This document shows, one piece after another, positions 38,053-52,054 of a stretch of 64,000 nucleotides of DNA. The position numbers and the translations under genes are program-made. Within the stretch, counting starts at the first letter, position 1, and each line of letters opens with the position of its first letter. The DNA lies in assembly GCA_030390025.1 (NCBI GenBank), contig CM059432.1, forward strand, positions 94,924,001-94,988,000, given 5' to 3'. Below the pieces are notes generated by a model that searched no databases, was not told the DNA's origin, and saw nothing but the letters and a program-made list of their open reading frames with translations. This stretch comes from Squalus acanthias (Eukaryota).

Positions 38053-41042
38053 AGACAGCAGATAAGTGGCCTGGATTGGCTGCCGGAAAAGGGGTGGTGA
38101 GTCCTGCTCCTGCGGGCTGCGTAAGAAAAGTTTTATTTGTAAATTATCTTTTTGGATCTCTTATGGCCCCAATTCTCTCTGCCCCGTCTTCACCTGTGCA
38201 AAACTCACTGGCTTCCCACTCAGGCAGGCAAGTTAAAATTGCAACCTTGTCACGATTACATCATTGCGACCTAGGGTTGTTAACTCTGGTTGGAGGCATT
38301 CCTGGAGGTTTGATCAGGTGACATTCTGATCATGATATCTGACTGATTCCTGATCACATACCATCTGATCACATGACTTCTACAAATGTTATTGCATTTA
38401 CCTTATGGAGGTTGGGTCCCCTGTAGTTGAGTAGTTTTGCTTGTAGTTTTGCGCAAGCGGCCTTTTTGCGACAAGTTCCATAAACCAGCAGACCACCAGT
38501 GAGTAGGGGATTGATTCGCAGAGGTGAAACTAGAGGTGGAAGGAACTTTGATTCCACCATTAACTAATGGCAACTCACTGAAATTACACTGATAACTACA
38601 GTAATAGTAAAGTGGTAATACTCAGATTCCCCTCATAACCAACAGTAATACGATAACTTACTGATAGTCTATATGTAACTGCTAGTAATAGGTGTAATGC
38701 CCCAATATCCTACGTAACTTGTAGTAATCCTGTAACCCGCTGATATTCACCTTAAAATTGTAGCCCGAATTGCCCTGCATTGGACAAGGTTCGGTCAGGC
38801 TTCCCAGTTGATTTCCCTTTTAGCAGACCCGATCTCTTTCCCTGTCTCTGGACTCTGGTTCCGTGTGAAGGTGACAACTCTGAACTGGGAACCTCAGTCA
38901 GAGCTGATTTGTACTTGGACTTCACACGTCAAAACCAGGTGGCATAGATTGACCTGAACCAAACAGAGAGATCGCATATAAGGCAGCGTGCTCCGTGTTT
39001 GGGATAATTCTCACAGGACACATCACCCTAAACTCAGTTCGGCACCAACATTTCTAAACCACTCCCTGAGCTCGGACTTGATGAAGGAAGATTTTCTTAT
39101 AATTATAGAAATTGCAGCACAGGAGGAAGCCATTTGTCCCTGGTGCTGACATTCTCTCCTGTATCCCCATTCCTCCCCCACCAAAGATCTTTTTATAGTC
39201 CTCCTTTTCAAATATTTATCCCATTCCTTTTGAAATAAAGTTTTAATTTGTACCTCAAATGTCACATTCCCCAGCCTCCATCTCTTCCTCCATTCCCCAG
39301 CCCTCCATCTCTTCCCCATTCCCCATTCACCAGTCTCAAGCCCCTGATTTCAGATCACCCTCCGATTTCAGACCCCGCGATTTCAGAACCCTCACGAGTT
39401 CAGAGCCTGCCCGAATGGACACCCACTATTCTGGAGCCTCCCAACTCTACTGCCGACTGCGCTCCATGTGGTCACTGCTCTCTGCGGCAGTGGTTGGGTG
39501 ACATCACCGAGCCTGAGGCTTTAACAGCAGCCGGTGACCTCGTACAAAGCTGATCTCTCGGGCTGCTGGTGGCGGAACTCGGGAGAGGTGCCCCCAATTT
39601 TGGGAAACTCCTGGTCATTCCGGGAGGGTTGGGATCCCAATCGGGAACTGACATACATGTGTAATAAAGCACCCCACCAGCTTTGGCCAGATGTCCTTGC
39701 CGCCTGTTCAGTTGAGAAGGTAAAAATCAGGAACTGTCATCTCCTGGTGTTTTACCAGGGAGGTTAAGTAACCTGGCCGATTTTAACTGCCTGCCCATCA
39801 GGTTTCCGCGGGGAAGGTAGGGTTCAGATCACCTGCTAAGCTTTGTTCAATTAATTCTCAATTTACTCGTGGAACTTCCTGTGGAGCAATCAAAATTTTA
39901 TACTCTTTAGGCACATTATTGCCATAATTCTAGCAGGAGCAAAAACAAATGAGAAATATTGAGCATTAGTAACCAACAGGTAACTTAAAATATATTGTAC
40001 TAACATGAAGTATGCGTACATGCCCTAATTATATAAGTATTTGAATGTATGTTATGAGGTAAATAATGGTTTGAACTGTACTTAACTAATCGATGCTGAC
40101 AGGCCCAGGAAAACAACAATTATCTTAGTCAGACAATTTTGCTAATTTTCCGCTGCTGCAGTGCAACGATGAAATGCTATTGTAGTAATAGTACCCATTC
40201 ATAAGTTTTTTTTTTATCACTGTAATAATCCTACTCCTAAAAAACACTAATTGAAAATAGTTTAATTCTGCTTGCCTTGCCCTTTTAGTCTGTTCTCTCA
40301 CCTTTCCAATTCTCTAATGTGTTTTTCAAACTTTGAATTAATTTTTTGTAATCCAGTCTATATTTCCCATTCCTTAATTCTTTTAGCAAACTTTTAAACC
40401 TTCTATTTCCTGACTCTCACTTCATTTTGGAGGTGGGAGCAATTTTTTAAAGCAAGAGCTGAAAGTTGGCTTTTTAAGCTAATTGAAATCCAAAAGAATG
40501 CAAACTAAGTCACACTGTAGAAGGGGCTATTGAGGAATGAGTATACTCAAAGCGTAGAGCAAAAGTATACCCGCAGGAATGAACTTGTCTGCAGTGCGCT
40601 GTTGATTTTAATTTCAGTTATAATGGATGTGACTGACAGTTTCTAATAATTTTGTGCCAGCAGAGGTGTGCTTGATAAAATCCTGAGGAAACAGCAGAGT
40701 ATATAATTTAACCGGAATAAATCAAGCTTCAATTCAGATTCATTCATGATTAATGAATTAAACAAAACAATATTGAAAATTGGCTATTGAAGACATTTCA
40801 GAAATTTCTTCATACTGAGTTTTAAGTTGGTAATTACAGTTTAGATAGCTGTATTACATACAAGTATTGAATAAATCAAACAAATATAACTTGAAACTGG
40901 CAAATGAGAGGAGAGAGTCAGGCGAGGTATCATTTCTGGAGTCTAAGGCAGTTTAAAAAAAAAAATGGGTCTTTGTAAAGTTTAATATGATAACCCACAA
41001 TCTTTTTAAATCAGCTCAGTGTTACCGCCAAAACACTAATCT

Positions 41043-41322
41043 TATGTGCGGGTTAGGTTGATTTGGCTATGATAAATTGACCCTTAGTGTTAGGGGGGTA
41101 TTAAATATGTGGGGTTATGGGGATAGGATGGGATATGTTAGGGGGAATTAAATACGTGGGGTTACGGGGGTAGGGTGGGATATGTGTACTGTGCGGATTA
41201 AAGCAGGGACAGGGTACTGGATTTGGATGATCAGCCATGATCGTATTGAATGGTGGAGCAGGCTCGACGGGCTGAATGGCCTACTCCTGCTCCTAGATTC
41301 TATGTTTCTATGTTTCTATGTT
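41043..41322 (+). mobile_element. HE1/V-SINE-like element, 5'-truncated, with an internal ~49-bp duplication and a CR1-derived tail
   Basis: gtgcgggttaggttgatttggctatgataaattgacccttagtgt; tail gatcagccatgatc..ggcctactcctgctcc followed by ttctatg repeats. Confidence 0.7.
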
Positions 41323-41884
41323 ATTACATTTTGATTAAGTTGGTGGTGTATTGTGTGCTGTTTATATCCCCTCTTCTGTATGTGTATGCTGCAGAGTGGC
41401 AAGAAGAATAGTGATAGTTCTATGAAAATGATAAATTTAACAAATGGTTTAATTAATGTTAAGTACATTTTAGTGGCAGGTGGCCTAATCTCCTTTCAAA
41501 GTTGGTCAGAAGTTATAGTAGCGTAGATGGGAAGTCATTATTAGAGATTTTGTGATCTTGAGGAAGGGTGTGCTTAAGGCTGATAAAATAAGAGATACAA
41601 ACAAATTAGCCTAGTATATACATTGCTAGATTGTGGAGTGTCTGGAGAGTAAATTTTCTTTCAGTTTTAGTTTTGCCAATTTTTCTCTGCCAACTTCCAC
41701 TCTTCTGCTGATGGTCTTGATTCTTTGCTGGGGTATGTTCTATGGGTGCTGTCATCCAAGTTACCATTGTTCACATATGAGCTTGGACGGTGAGTGGCAA
41801 GAGGCTGTTCAACAATGGAGGGGTGTCACAGCCAAACCCAATCATGTTCTCATCACATTAACACATACAATTCCAGGAAGGTTT

Positions 41885-42345
41885 ATAGAACCATAGAAGT
41901 TTACAGCACAAAAGGAGACCTTTTGGCCCATCATGTCTATGTAAAACTAATCCCACTGGTCTGCTTTCTTCCTGCAGGCCTGTACGTTTGTCTACTTCAA
42001 ATATCTATCCTTCTGCTAACCTCACTTCTCACTCCCTCAGTGATAATTTTAAAGTGATGCCCCTTCATCACTAACTCTCCAAGCAAAGGAAATAATATTT
42101 TCTCATTCACCCAATCAAAACTCTTCATAATTTAAAAAATCTCTATTAAATCACTTCTTCGTGTTCTCTGCTCCAGTAAGAATAATCTCAGTATCTCGAG
42201 TCTCCTTCTAACTATAGTTTCTCATCCCTGGCATCATCTTGGTGAATCTACGGCTTTAATGCTCATTCTATAATGCAATGCTCAAATTGCGCATAGTGCT
42301 CTTAACTGTTGCCTTACACAAATTTCTCACTACCTTCTTACTCTT
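41885..42345 (-). mobile_element. Old CR1-type LINE 3' end
   Basis: Tail tagaaccatagaagtttacagcaca and similarity to the other minus-strand CR1 ends. Confidence 0.7.
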
Positions 42346-42713
42346 GTAGAGTTTCTTGGATAGCAATCGAGCAGGAATCTCTCTTTTTTTTTGTCTTTTA
42401 AAACCCATGAGTGCTGATGTCGATTGTAGCTCCCTAACTGTTCCCCTGGCTTAGATCAGCTAACTCAGTACAGACTAGAAATCATAACCTAGAATTTTCC
42501 TGGTCTATATACTGCTAACTGGATAAACTCATTGAACTATCAAGTGAGTGTAGAGTGAAATTGAATATAATTCTTTATTGATATTTTTACCCGGGCTTCC
42601 TGAGTTTTACCTTTCTCATGAATTGGAAAACGTTAGACAGTTGAGTGGTTAAAAATGTATATTAGAAACTGCACTGAAATGGAATGTAAGAAAAAAAAAG
42701 ACAACTGGAATGA

Positions 42714-42920
<207 letters not shown>

Positions 42921-43569
42921 TGATGGAAAAACCTACTACAATTTAAAGAGGACAAATTTATTAACTGTAGACTCACTAGTATAGTGATTTGATACTAAAA
43001 CTAAAGGCTAACTTATAATTGTTTTTAAAATCATGGAAGCGGTAGGTTAGGTAAGAAAACACTTAAAAGCACTATGGGGTCACCGTAGGGTGAAATGCTA
43101 ATCTATGAAGGCATAAAAAATTTATAGTGACTGAACAGTGCAAGTTTGTCTGTTCAATGGCAGGTGGTGTTTGTGCAAATGGTGGTTAGAGTCTGGGTGG
43201 GTGGTGGTGGGAGTGGGGGGGCGCTGCTTGCAATGTGGAGGGTGAAGATGGGTTCGTGTTGAAGGACTGTTACTGCAGGGGTGATGTGAAGGCATTGGTG
43301 TAGCTCTTTTGCTGGAAATGCTGGTCTATGAGATGCTGCTTAATATCCCTGGCTGCACGTTGTGCTGACCTTGTCACAGCTTCTCCTGCACCCTCTTGTT
43401 CCTGGGGCTCTTCTTCCAATGAAGACCTCCTCAGCTGCTGCTGGCTTGGTGTCTTTTCCCTCTTACAAGGCTAGGTTATGTAGGGTGCAGCAGGCGACCA
43501 CGATATGGGAGGCTTGATGTGGTTGGTATTGAAGGAATCTCCTAGATTTATCCAGGCAACTGAATCACT

Positions 43570-44370
43570 GGCCCCAATATTAGCAGGGGTGGGAGGTAGG
43601 GAGTGGGGGTGCCGTTTAGCGGTCGGAGAAACCGGAAGTACGGGTTTCCCTCCGTTCCTGCTGAATTTACCATTTTTGTCTCCGTTTCCCAGTCGCAGCC
43701 AACCAGATTGAGAAACTGGCGGGCAGGTAGGCCTGTGGCACCAGGCTGCAGCCGAGGAGCGGAGAGGAGGAAGGAGGGGTCGGGGGCCCCGGAGAGTTCG
43801 GGAGGACGACAACATTGATGGGGTGGCCAAAGAGATCGGGGGAGAAGGGGAGATGATCACTGGGGGGGGGGGAAGAGAGGGGAGGCAGTGGAGAAGATCG
43901 CAGGCCAATGGGAGGACGGAGTGGGGGTTTGGTGGTGGTGGGAGAGCGGGGGTGATCGGGAAGGAGATCGCAGGCTGGGGTGGGCATCAGATCGTGGGGT
44001 GGGTGTCCAATTACTGGGGAAGTTTAACAAGGTAGCTTGGTGGGCCGAGGGGAAGCACTCCTCCTCCTCACCCACAAGCAGTGCTGGAAAGACACTTACC
44101 TGATCCATCCAGCAGTTTTCTTCAGCTGCTGGGTTTCCCAAGGCCCAGTGTTAAAGCTGGAACACAGATAAAATCTTAAGCACACAGTCTCATTAAAATA
44201 TTTAAATAAGGGACCCACCTCCTGAGAGCAGATTAGTCGCCCCCCCCCCCTTCCTGCCTCTGTTAACTCCAGAAGTGGGCGGTTCGAGGCGGGTTGGGTT
44301 TTAATTTTTTTTTAATTTAAGTTCCCATTCGACCCAAACCCACCCATTTTTGGGGGTTAAAATTACCCCC
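43570..44370. mobile_element. GC-rich MITE, probable PIF/Harbinger group
   Basis: Imperfect TIRs GGCCCCAATATTAGC / GTTAAAATTACCCCC. ACT/ACT flanks at 43567-43569 and 44371-44373. G-rich GATCG repeats. Confidence 0.6.
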
Positions 44371-45234
44371 ACTGTTTCAGCAACACAAATGGCGTGCTCT
44401 ATTACTGCCTTGGTATTCCAATGGCTGCCATTGTATCGTATTCTAGCTAGGATTCGTGGGTGCCGGATGGGTGTCGTCAGCTGTGGCAATAACGGGTAGG
44501 CCCTGTCCCCTAATAGCCATTGTTGGATCTGCTGTTCTTGGTCAAAAAGTGCAAGGATGTTGGAGTGACGCAGAATGAACGCATCATGGCGGCAACCAGG
44601 GTGCCATGCACAACCTGCATAATTATCAGAGGATGGTCACATACCAGCTGCACATTGAGAGAGTGGTACCTTTTTCTGTTCATAGAGTGCTCGCTCGTAT
44701 GGCAGTGCCTTAATCACCACAAGTACAGTCAATAGCCCGGACTTGTCGGAACCTGCTGCAAATCGCACCGCTCTGCTATGTGGCCTGACTGCCTCTATGG
44801 GGAACTTAATGTACTGGTTATAGATCAAGTGATTGGAAAAGCTTATTGAAATAGACTGCCATACACATGTACTGACCAATAAGCAGCTTTGCCGGGGGCC
44901 ACATCTCTAACCTGATGTGCACCCTTTTCTGATTGATTATGAATTATGTTAATATCTGACCGCTCAGATGGATGGTGCACTAGAAACTTGCAGTATTCCA
45001 CGATTTGTAAAACCCTAAGCATTTATTCCAGAAATAAAAGTAATGTTTGGTTACTTAACTACAACTAAATTAGAAAATTGGGATTAGCACAAAGTAATTA
45101 TTTACTTGTGCTACCTAGAAATGATTTAAAAAAAGCAATGTAAATAAGAACTGAAAGATTATATAATCAGAGAATGGGCATGATTTATCAGACAGGTCAC
45201 GAATGTTTAAGTATTTGATGCATTTTTGTTTCAG

Positions 45235-45321
45235 GGCAGTGCTAACCTGGATATCCAGAATGTAAACCAGCAAACTGCATTGCATCTAGCTGTTGAACGT
45301 CAGCACACTCAAATTGTTCGG
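45235..45321 (+). CDS. MIB1: MIB1 internal coding exon, 87 bp, ankyrin repeat
   Basis: Acceptor tttttgtttcAG (45233-45234), donor CGG|GTAGGA. Reads [29 protein letters not shown], phase 0-0, continuing the previous exon in frame. Too short for the ORF track. Confidence 0.97.
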
Positions 45322-45854
45322 GTAGGATAATCTGTGTAAAATGTAAGAGATGGCAAGTTAGTGGAAATTGTCTGTTAAGGAAAATGATCAGTGTTTTCAA
45401 ATATAATATAATTCCAACTTTGAGAGCTCACTGATCCTCGCTATTTTTGGACTCTAACGGTACGATTGTGATGCATTACCAGCCTTCCACACACACTTGC
45501 AACTTCTACCCATGAACAACAAAAAAGCAAACTTGTGTCAAAGGTACATTGCACTAGTGTTTTGTATTCCTGCAGCCAGCAACTACTGTGATGCAACAAC
45601 TGACAACAGATTGTTTGCTATTTTAGTGCTTGTGGTAGTCATTGGCAATGTAAGTAAAATCTCACCAAAATGCCACTATTTATCATATAACTGCTTCAAT
45701 TTCTCTCTGTGTAGCAGAACTATGTATGTATTTATAGGAATTTTTTATTCGCATGACTGCTTTATGTACTTAACAATTTATTAATTATAATATGATTGAA
45801 AGCTGGATTTTAAAATATTAACTTAAAATGAGTTTTGATTATCAGAACTAATAA

Positions 45855-46202
<348 letters not shown>

Positions 46203-46689
46203 TGAGTATATGTGCTTTTAACAGTAATTTTTTTAAACTAAGACAAGTTTTAACAAATTGAATATTCATGAAAATAAGATGTCCAGGTTACCTGTGTCTT
46301 TCTTTCAGAAATACTGTACTAAAGAATATCATGGAGTGATGGCATTTGAATCTGGCATTTGATTTTATACCTGTAATTCCCTCGTGTCAAGTTTCAGCCA
46401 CACGACTAGGGGGAAGCAGTGACTGGAGCTGTTTCCTCCTGCTTCATATTTCAAATTTCTTTGCCTCCACTCCTCCAAAATGTGCTGATAAATTTGCCTG
46501 TTGAATAGATGACAAAATAAATAGCAGCGAACATGCTCAGATACCAATCTGTTATCACTACAGTTATAGAGAAGATAGACCCACTTCTCATGAACATTCC
46601 CTGAATATACATGTCATTGTGAGGGTAGAAGAGAAACAGTACTGTTTTATGGAAGCAAATGAAGTGGACATGCTTGGGCCTTGTACGAG

Positions 46690-47300
46690 GGCATGCAATT
46701 GGACTACAATTTAGGTGCATACTATGCATCAGAGGGATGGATTAACAAGAGCGAAAGAGCTTTAGTCACACACAGCCTTGGTTAGACCCCATCTGGAGTA
46801 CTGCGTTCAGTTTGGCCACCGAACTACAGGAAATATATATTGACTTGGAGGACTTACAGTGCAGATTCACCAGAACAATATCAGGGCTTACAGGGTAAAA
46901 TTATGAGGACAGGTTGCATAAACTTAGTTCGTATTCCCTTGGGTTTGGACAGTTGAGCAGTGATGTAATCGAGATATTTTAAATGTTTAAGGGACTCAAT
47001 AGGGTAGATACAGAGAAAGTATTTCTTCTGGTGGCGGAATCCAAAACAAGGAGGCATCACCTTAAAATGAGACCGTGGCCATTTAAGAGTGAAATCAGGA
47101 AGCACTTTTTCGCAAAAAGGGTAGTGGAAATCGCGAACTCCCTTCCCAAAAGGCTGTGGATATTTGATCAATCGAAATACTTACGACCGAGATTGATAGA
47201 TTTTTATTAGGTAAGGGTATCGAGGGATATGGAGCAAAGGCAGGTAAATGTAGTTGAGGTACAGATCAGCCATGATCCAATAGAATGGTGGAACAGGCTC
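46690..47300 (+). mobile_element. CR1-type LINE 3' portion
   Basis: LVRPHLEYCVQF and FKSEIRKHFFAKRVV motifs. Confidence 0.85.
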
Positions 47301-47317
47301 AATAAGAAAATAATATA

Positions 47318-49960
47318 AGAATTAAGAGCAGGAGTAGGCCATACGGCCCCTCGAGCCTGCTCCACCATTCAATAAGATCATGGCTGATCTTCGACCTCAA
47401 CGCCACTTTTCCGCCTGATCTCCATATCCCTTGATACCCCTAGAGTCCAAAAGTCTATATATCTCAGCCTTGAATATACTCAACGATTCAGCATCCACAG
47501 CCCTTAGAGGGCTGTGAATCGTTGGAATTCTCTACCCCAGAGTGAAGAAATTCCTCCTCATCTCAGTCTTAAATAGCCGACCCCTTATCCTGAGAATATG
47601 CCCCCTAGTTCTAAACTCTCCAGCCAAGGGAAACAACCTCTCCGCATCTACCCCGTCAATTCCCCTCAGAGTCTTATATGTTTCAATGAGATCACCTCTC
47701 ATTCTTCTAAACTCCAGAGTATAAGCCCAATCTACTCAATCTCTCCTCATACGATAACCCTCTCATCCCAGGAATCAATCTAGTGAACCTTTGTTGCACC
47801 GCCTCTAAGGCAAGTATATCCTCCCTCAGGTAAGGAGACCAAAACTGTGCACAGTACTCCAGGTGTGGTCTCACCAAAGCCCTGTACAATTGTAGCAAGA
47901 CTTCCTTACTCTTGTACTCCAACCCCCTTGCAATAAAGGCCAACATGTCATTTGCCTTCCTAATTGCTTGGTGTACCTGCATGCTTAGCTCTGTGTTTCC
48001 TGTACGAGGACACTTAAATCTCTCTGAACACCAACATATAATAGTTTCTCACCATTTAAAAAAATTTCTGTTCTTCCTACCACAGTGAATAATCTCACAT
48101 GTCCCCACATTATACGCCATCTGCCACCTTATTGTCCACTCACTTGTTTATATCCCTTTGCAGGCTCTTTGTGTCCTCCTCACAGCTTACTTTCCCACCT
48201 AGCTTTGTATCCTCAGAAAACTTGGATACATTGCACTTGGTCGATTCATCTAGGTCATTAATATAGATTGTAAATAGCTGAGGTCCAAGCACTGAACCTT
48301 GCGGCACCCCACTAGTTACAGCCTGCCAATCTGAAAATGACCCGTTTATCCCTACTCCCTGTTTTTTGCCCGTTAACCAATCCTCTATCCATGCTAATAT
48401 ATTACCCTCAACCCCATGAGCCCTTATCTTGCATAACAACCTTTTATGTGGCTCCTTATTGAATGCCTTTTGGGAATCCAAATATACTACATCCACTGGT
48501 TCCCCTTTATTTACCCTGCTAGTTACATCCTCAAAAAACTTGAAGAAATTTGTTAAACACCATTTCCCTTTCATAAAACCATGTTGACTGCCTAATCATA
48601 TTATGATTTTCTAAGTACCCTGTTATCACTTCCTTAATAATGAATTCCAGCATTTTCCCGACGACTGATGTCAGGCTAACTGGCCTGTAGTTCCCTGTTT
48701 CCCCTCTCCCTCCTTTCTTGAATAGCGGGGTTACATTTGCTACCTTCCAATCCGCTGGGACCGTTCTAGAATCTAGGGAATTTTGGAAGATCACAACCAA
48801 TGCATTCGCTATCTCTGCAGCCACCTCTTTTAGAACCCTAGGATGTAGGCCATCAGGTCCAGGGGATTTGTCGGCTTTTAGTCCCTTTAGTTTATCAAAT
48901 ACTTTTTCTCTACTGATCTTAATTACTTTAAGTTCCTCACTCTCATTAGCCCCTTGGTTCCCCACTATTTTTGGTATTTTTTTGTGTCTTCTACTGTGAA
49001 GACAGATACAAAATATTTGTTTAAAGTCTATGTCATTTCCTTATTCCCCATTATAACTTCTCCTGTCTCAGCATCTAAGGGACCAACGCTTACTTTTGCT
49101 GCTCTCTTTTTTACATACTTGTAGAAACTCTTGTAATCTGTTTTTATATTTCTTACTAGTTTACTCTCATTCTATTTTCTCCCTTTTTATCAATTTTTTG
49201 GTCATCCTTTGCTGGTTTTTAAAGCTCTCCCAATCCACAGGCTTACTGCTATTCTTCGCAACATTATAAGCCTCTTCTTTTAATCTAATACTATCCTTAA
49301 CTTCTTTTGTTAGCCATGGATGGATCACTTTTCCCATGGAGTTTTTATTTCTCAATGGACTGTATATTCGCTGAGAGTTTTGGAATATTTCTTTAAATGT
49401 TTGCCACTGCTTATCTATTGTCATACCTTTTAATCTAATTTCCCAATCTACCTTAGCCAACTCGCTCCTCATACCTAGGTAATTAGTTTTAAAATAAGTT
49501 TATGACTCTAGTTTCGGACTTGGAATTTTACGTTGTGCTTGAGTGTGAAATGCTTATATTGTGATCACTTTTCCCCAGAGGATCCTTTACTATGAGATTA
49601 CTAATTAACCATGTCTCATTACACAATACAAGATCTAAAATAGCCTGTTCCCTGGTTGGGTCCACGACCTATTGTTCTAGGAAACTGTCTCAAATGCATT
49701 CCATGAACTTGCCCTCCAGACTACCTTTGCCAATTTGATTTGCCCATTTTAGATGAAGATTAAAATCCCCCACGATTATTGCATTACCTTTGTTACAAAC
49801 TCCTATTATTTGTTGATTAATACTCTGTCCAATGGTATAGCTGGTATACTGTTAGGGGGTCTATAAACTACTTCCACCAGTGTTTTCTGCCCCTTGTTAT
49901 TTCTTATCTCCACTCATACTGATTCTACTTCCTGATCTTCTGAGCCAAGATCCTTTCTTA
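47318..49960 (-). mobile_element. CR1-type LINE, ~2.6 kb (endonuclease end, RT and 3' tail)
   Basis: [45 protein letters not shown] and LYRALVRPHLEYC. Confidence 0.93.
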
Positions 49961-52054
49961 GGGCTGAGAAGCCTACTCCTGTTCCTATGGGTTCACATAG
50001 CCCATAGCGGGTGTAATGGTAAGCAGTATATTAACGCCGCTGTTTAGTTAATTGGAAAAAATTAAAAGATAAGGTCTACTTGTTAATTTAGATAGGTTAG
50101 ATGGACATTTAATAAAACTTGTCTTAAGATTTGAATATTGAAAAGGGAAATTTTATTGAAGGGTTTATGATCAGGTGGGCGTGCAGAGCGATTCATAAAA
50201 GTTTAATTTGGTTGTTGTGACACTACTGTCCGTTTTATCAAACACATTCTGAAAAATCCATATGTATAAAGTCCACTGCATTATGTAGTCTGATTTCCTC
50301 AAAAAATTCTATTAACTTAGTCGAGCACGGTCTGCCCTTTATAAATCCCTACTAAGAATCCCTTTTTAGTTCATGCCCTGTTTACTAATTTCATCTCACA
50401 TTATGGATTCTTGAAGTTTACCCACAACGGAGATCAAATTAATTGGCCTAGAATTTCTTGGTTTATTCTTTGCCCCTCTCTTGAACAGGGCCTTCAAAAG
50501 GGAATTGGATAAATACTTCAAGGAGAAAAGATTGCAGGGATATGGGGAAAGAGTAAGGGTGTGGGACTAATTGCTCTTCGAAAGAGCCGGCGCAGACTCG
50601 ATGGGCCGAATAGCAGCCTCCTGTACTGTACGATTCTATGATCTTATAAGAGTATAGATAAAGGGATAAAAGGAATGCAATGTATGTTTTTGGATAGATT
50701 ATCAGAAGGCATTTAATGAAGTGCCTTAAAGTCCTTAGAGAATTGAGGCATGTGATATTAAAGGGCATGCAGCCTCATGGCTTTAAGTTCTGTATTTGTC
50801 TCCTATCCTTTGGCATCGTTCCTGCTTACGACGATTTTTGGCAAATTATGATTAATGCTTCTACTGTCTCTAGTGCTTGCTACAATGTTGTAGTCTAACC
50901 CAGGGAGACGAGAATTTCCCTAGACCTGCTGGCAGTCTTGGGGGATAAAATGAGGGAAACGTACTTATTTTTGTTCAGATTGTTCTGATTTTAATTGACT
51001 TTATTCCTCTGGAAAAGCATTGTGGAGATCCCATTGCATGCTCCTTTGGAGGACACCATTCAGAATACTACCATAAAATAACATTTGAAGTTGTAATTGC
51101 TGAATTGTGTATAGCGAACTCTAGAGGTTTGTTGTTTGTCACGGTCCATTTTGTATTCTATAGCTAATTTAAAAGAAAATAAAGCAGTCGTGGAACAAAC
51201 CAATACAAATAAAACTAACTTCTTCGGAGTTTGAACAAAGTTAATAAGAACACTCAATCAGTAGTCTAATCCTAAAGGAGCATTACGATGTATTTTTTAG
51301 TTTTCAATGGCTCTAGTTATAAATGTTATCTGACAGTTTTTCTGTTAATTTTTTTTTGAGTAATGCACATGAAAATTATGGTTTTGGTTCATCTTGAGGT
51401 TATATGTCGTGTCAAATCTCAGTTGTGATGGTGAGTCTGTTGTGATTGACCCAGACTATGCATCAACAGGGAAGTGGGGTCAGGCTGGCGGGTGAGAAAA
51501 TACACAGCTGCTGTGTCTCCATGCTGGCATGGATCCAAAATAGCAGACCCAGAGAAGGAGATTTATAGAGTATCCTGAATTATGTTTAAAAGCCTAAAAT
51601 GATAAAAAGCTTTGATAAGCTCATTTCCTCTGTGTAATATACTTATTGGTGAACAAATTACATCACTAGCAGAAGCATTCTTTGGAGTCAATTGTCAAGA
51701 TGTACATATATTTAAAGAAAATCTTAAATCTTAATATTGACTTCAGTTTTCTGCAGACTGTTAATATTACTTTAAAGGTGATTACATTTTTGCCTTAATA
51801 CAACTTTATGTTTTTATTTTTGATTTCTTATATTTACAGGTAATGTTATTATGACATCTTAAAGAAACACTGTCTCAATTTCTGATATTTCTTTTGCATC
51901 TATAACAACTGAAAAATGAAATAACTTTTCAAGAGCTCTGAAGCTCACATAACATTACGTCAACAGATTGTAAGTGCTGCATCAAACGTTGAAGATAAGT
52001 TAGATCAATAGTTACCTTAAGAAGAAAATATATTCAACTTTAAATAACTGACAG

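Noticed and set aside
38412..38425. TTGGGTCCCCTGTA resembles miR-133
   Set aside because: Seed mismatch, divergence after 10 nt, and no precursor stem.
42680..42690. TGGAATGTAAG matches the 5' end of miR-1/miR-206
   Set aside because: Only 10-11 nt match, followed by poly-A, with no hairpin partner. It is on the wrong strand for the expected cluster, so a chance match is likely.
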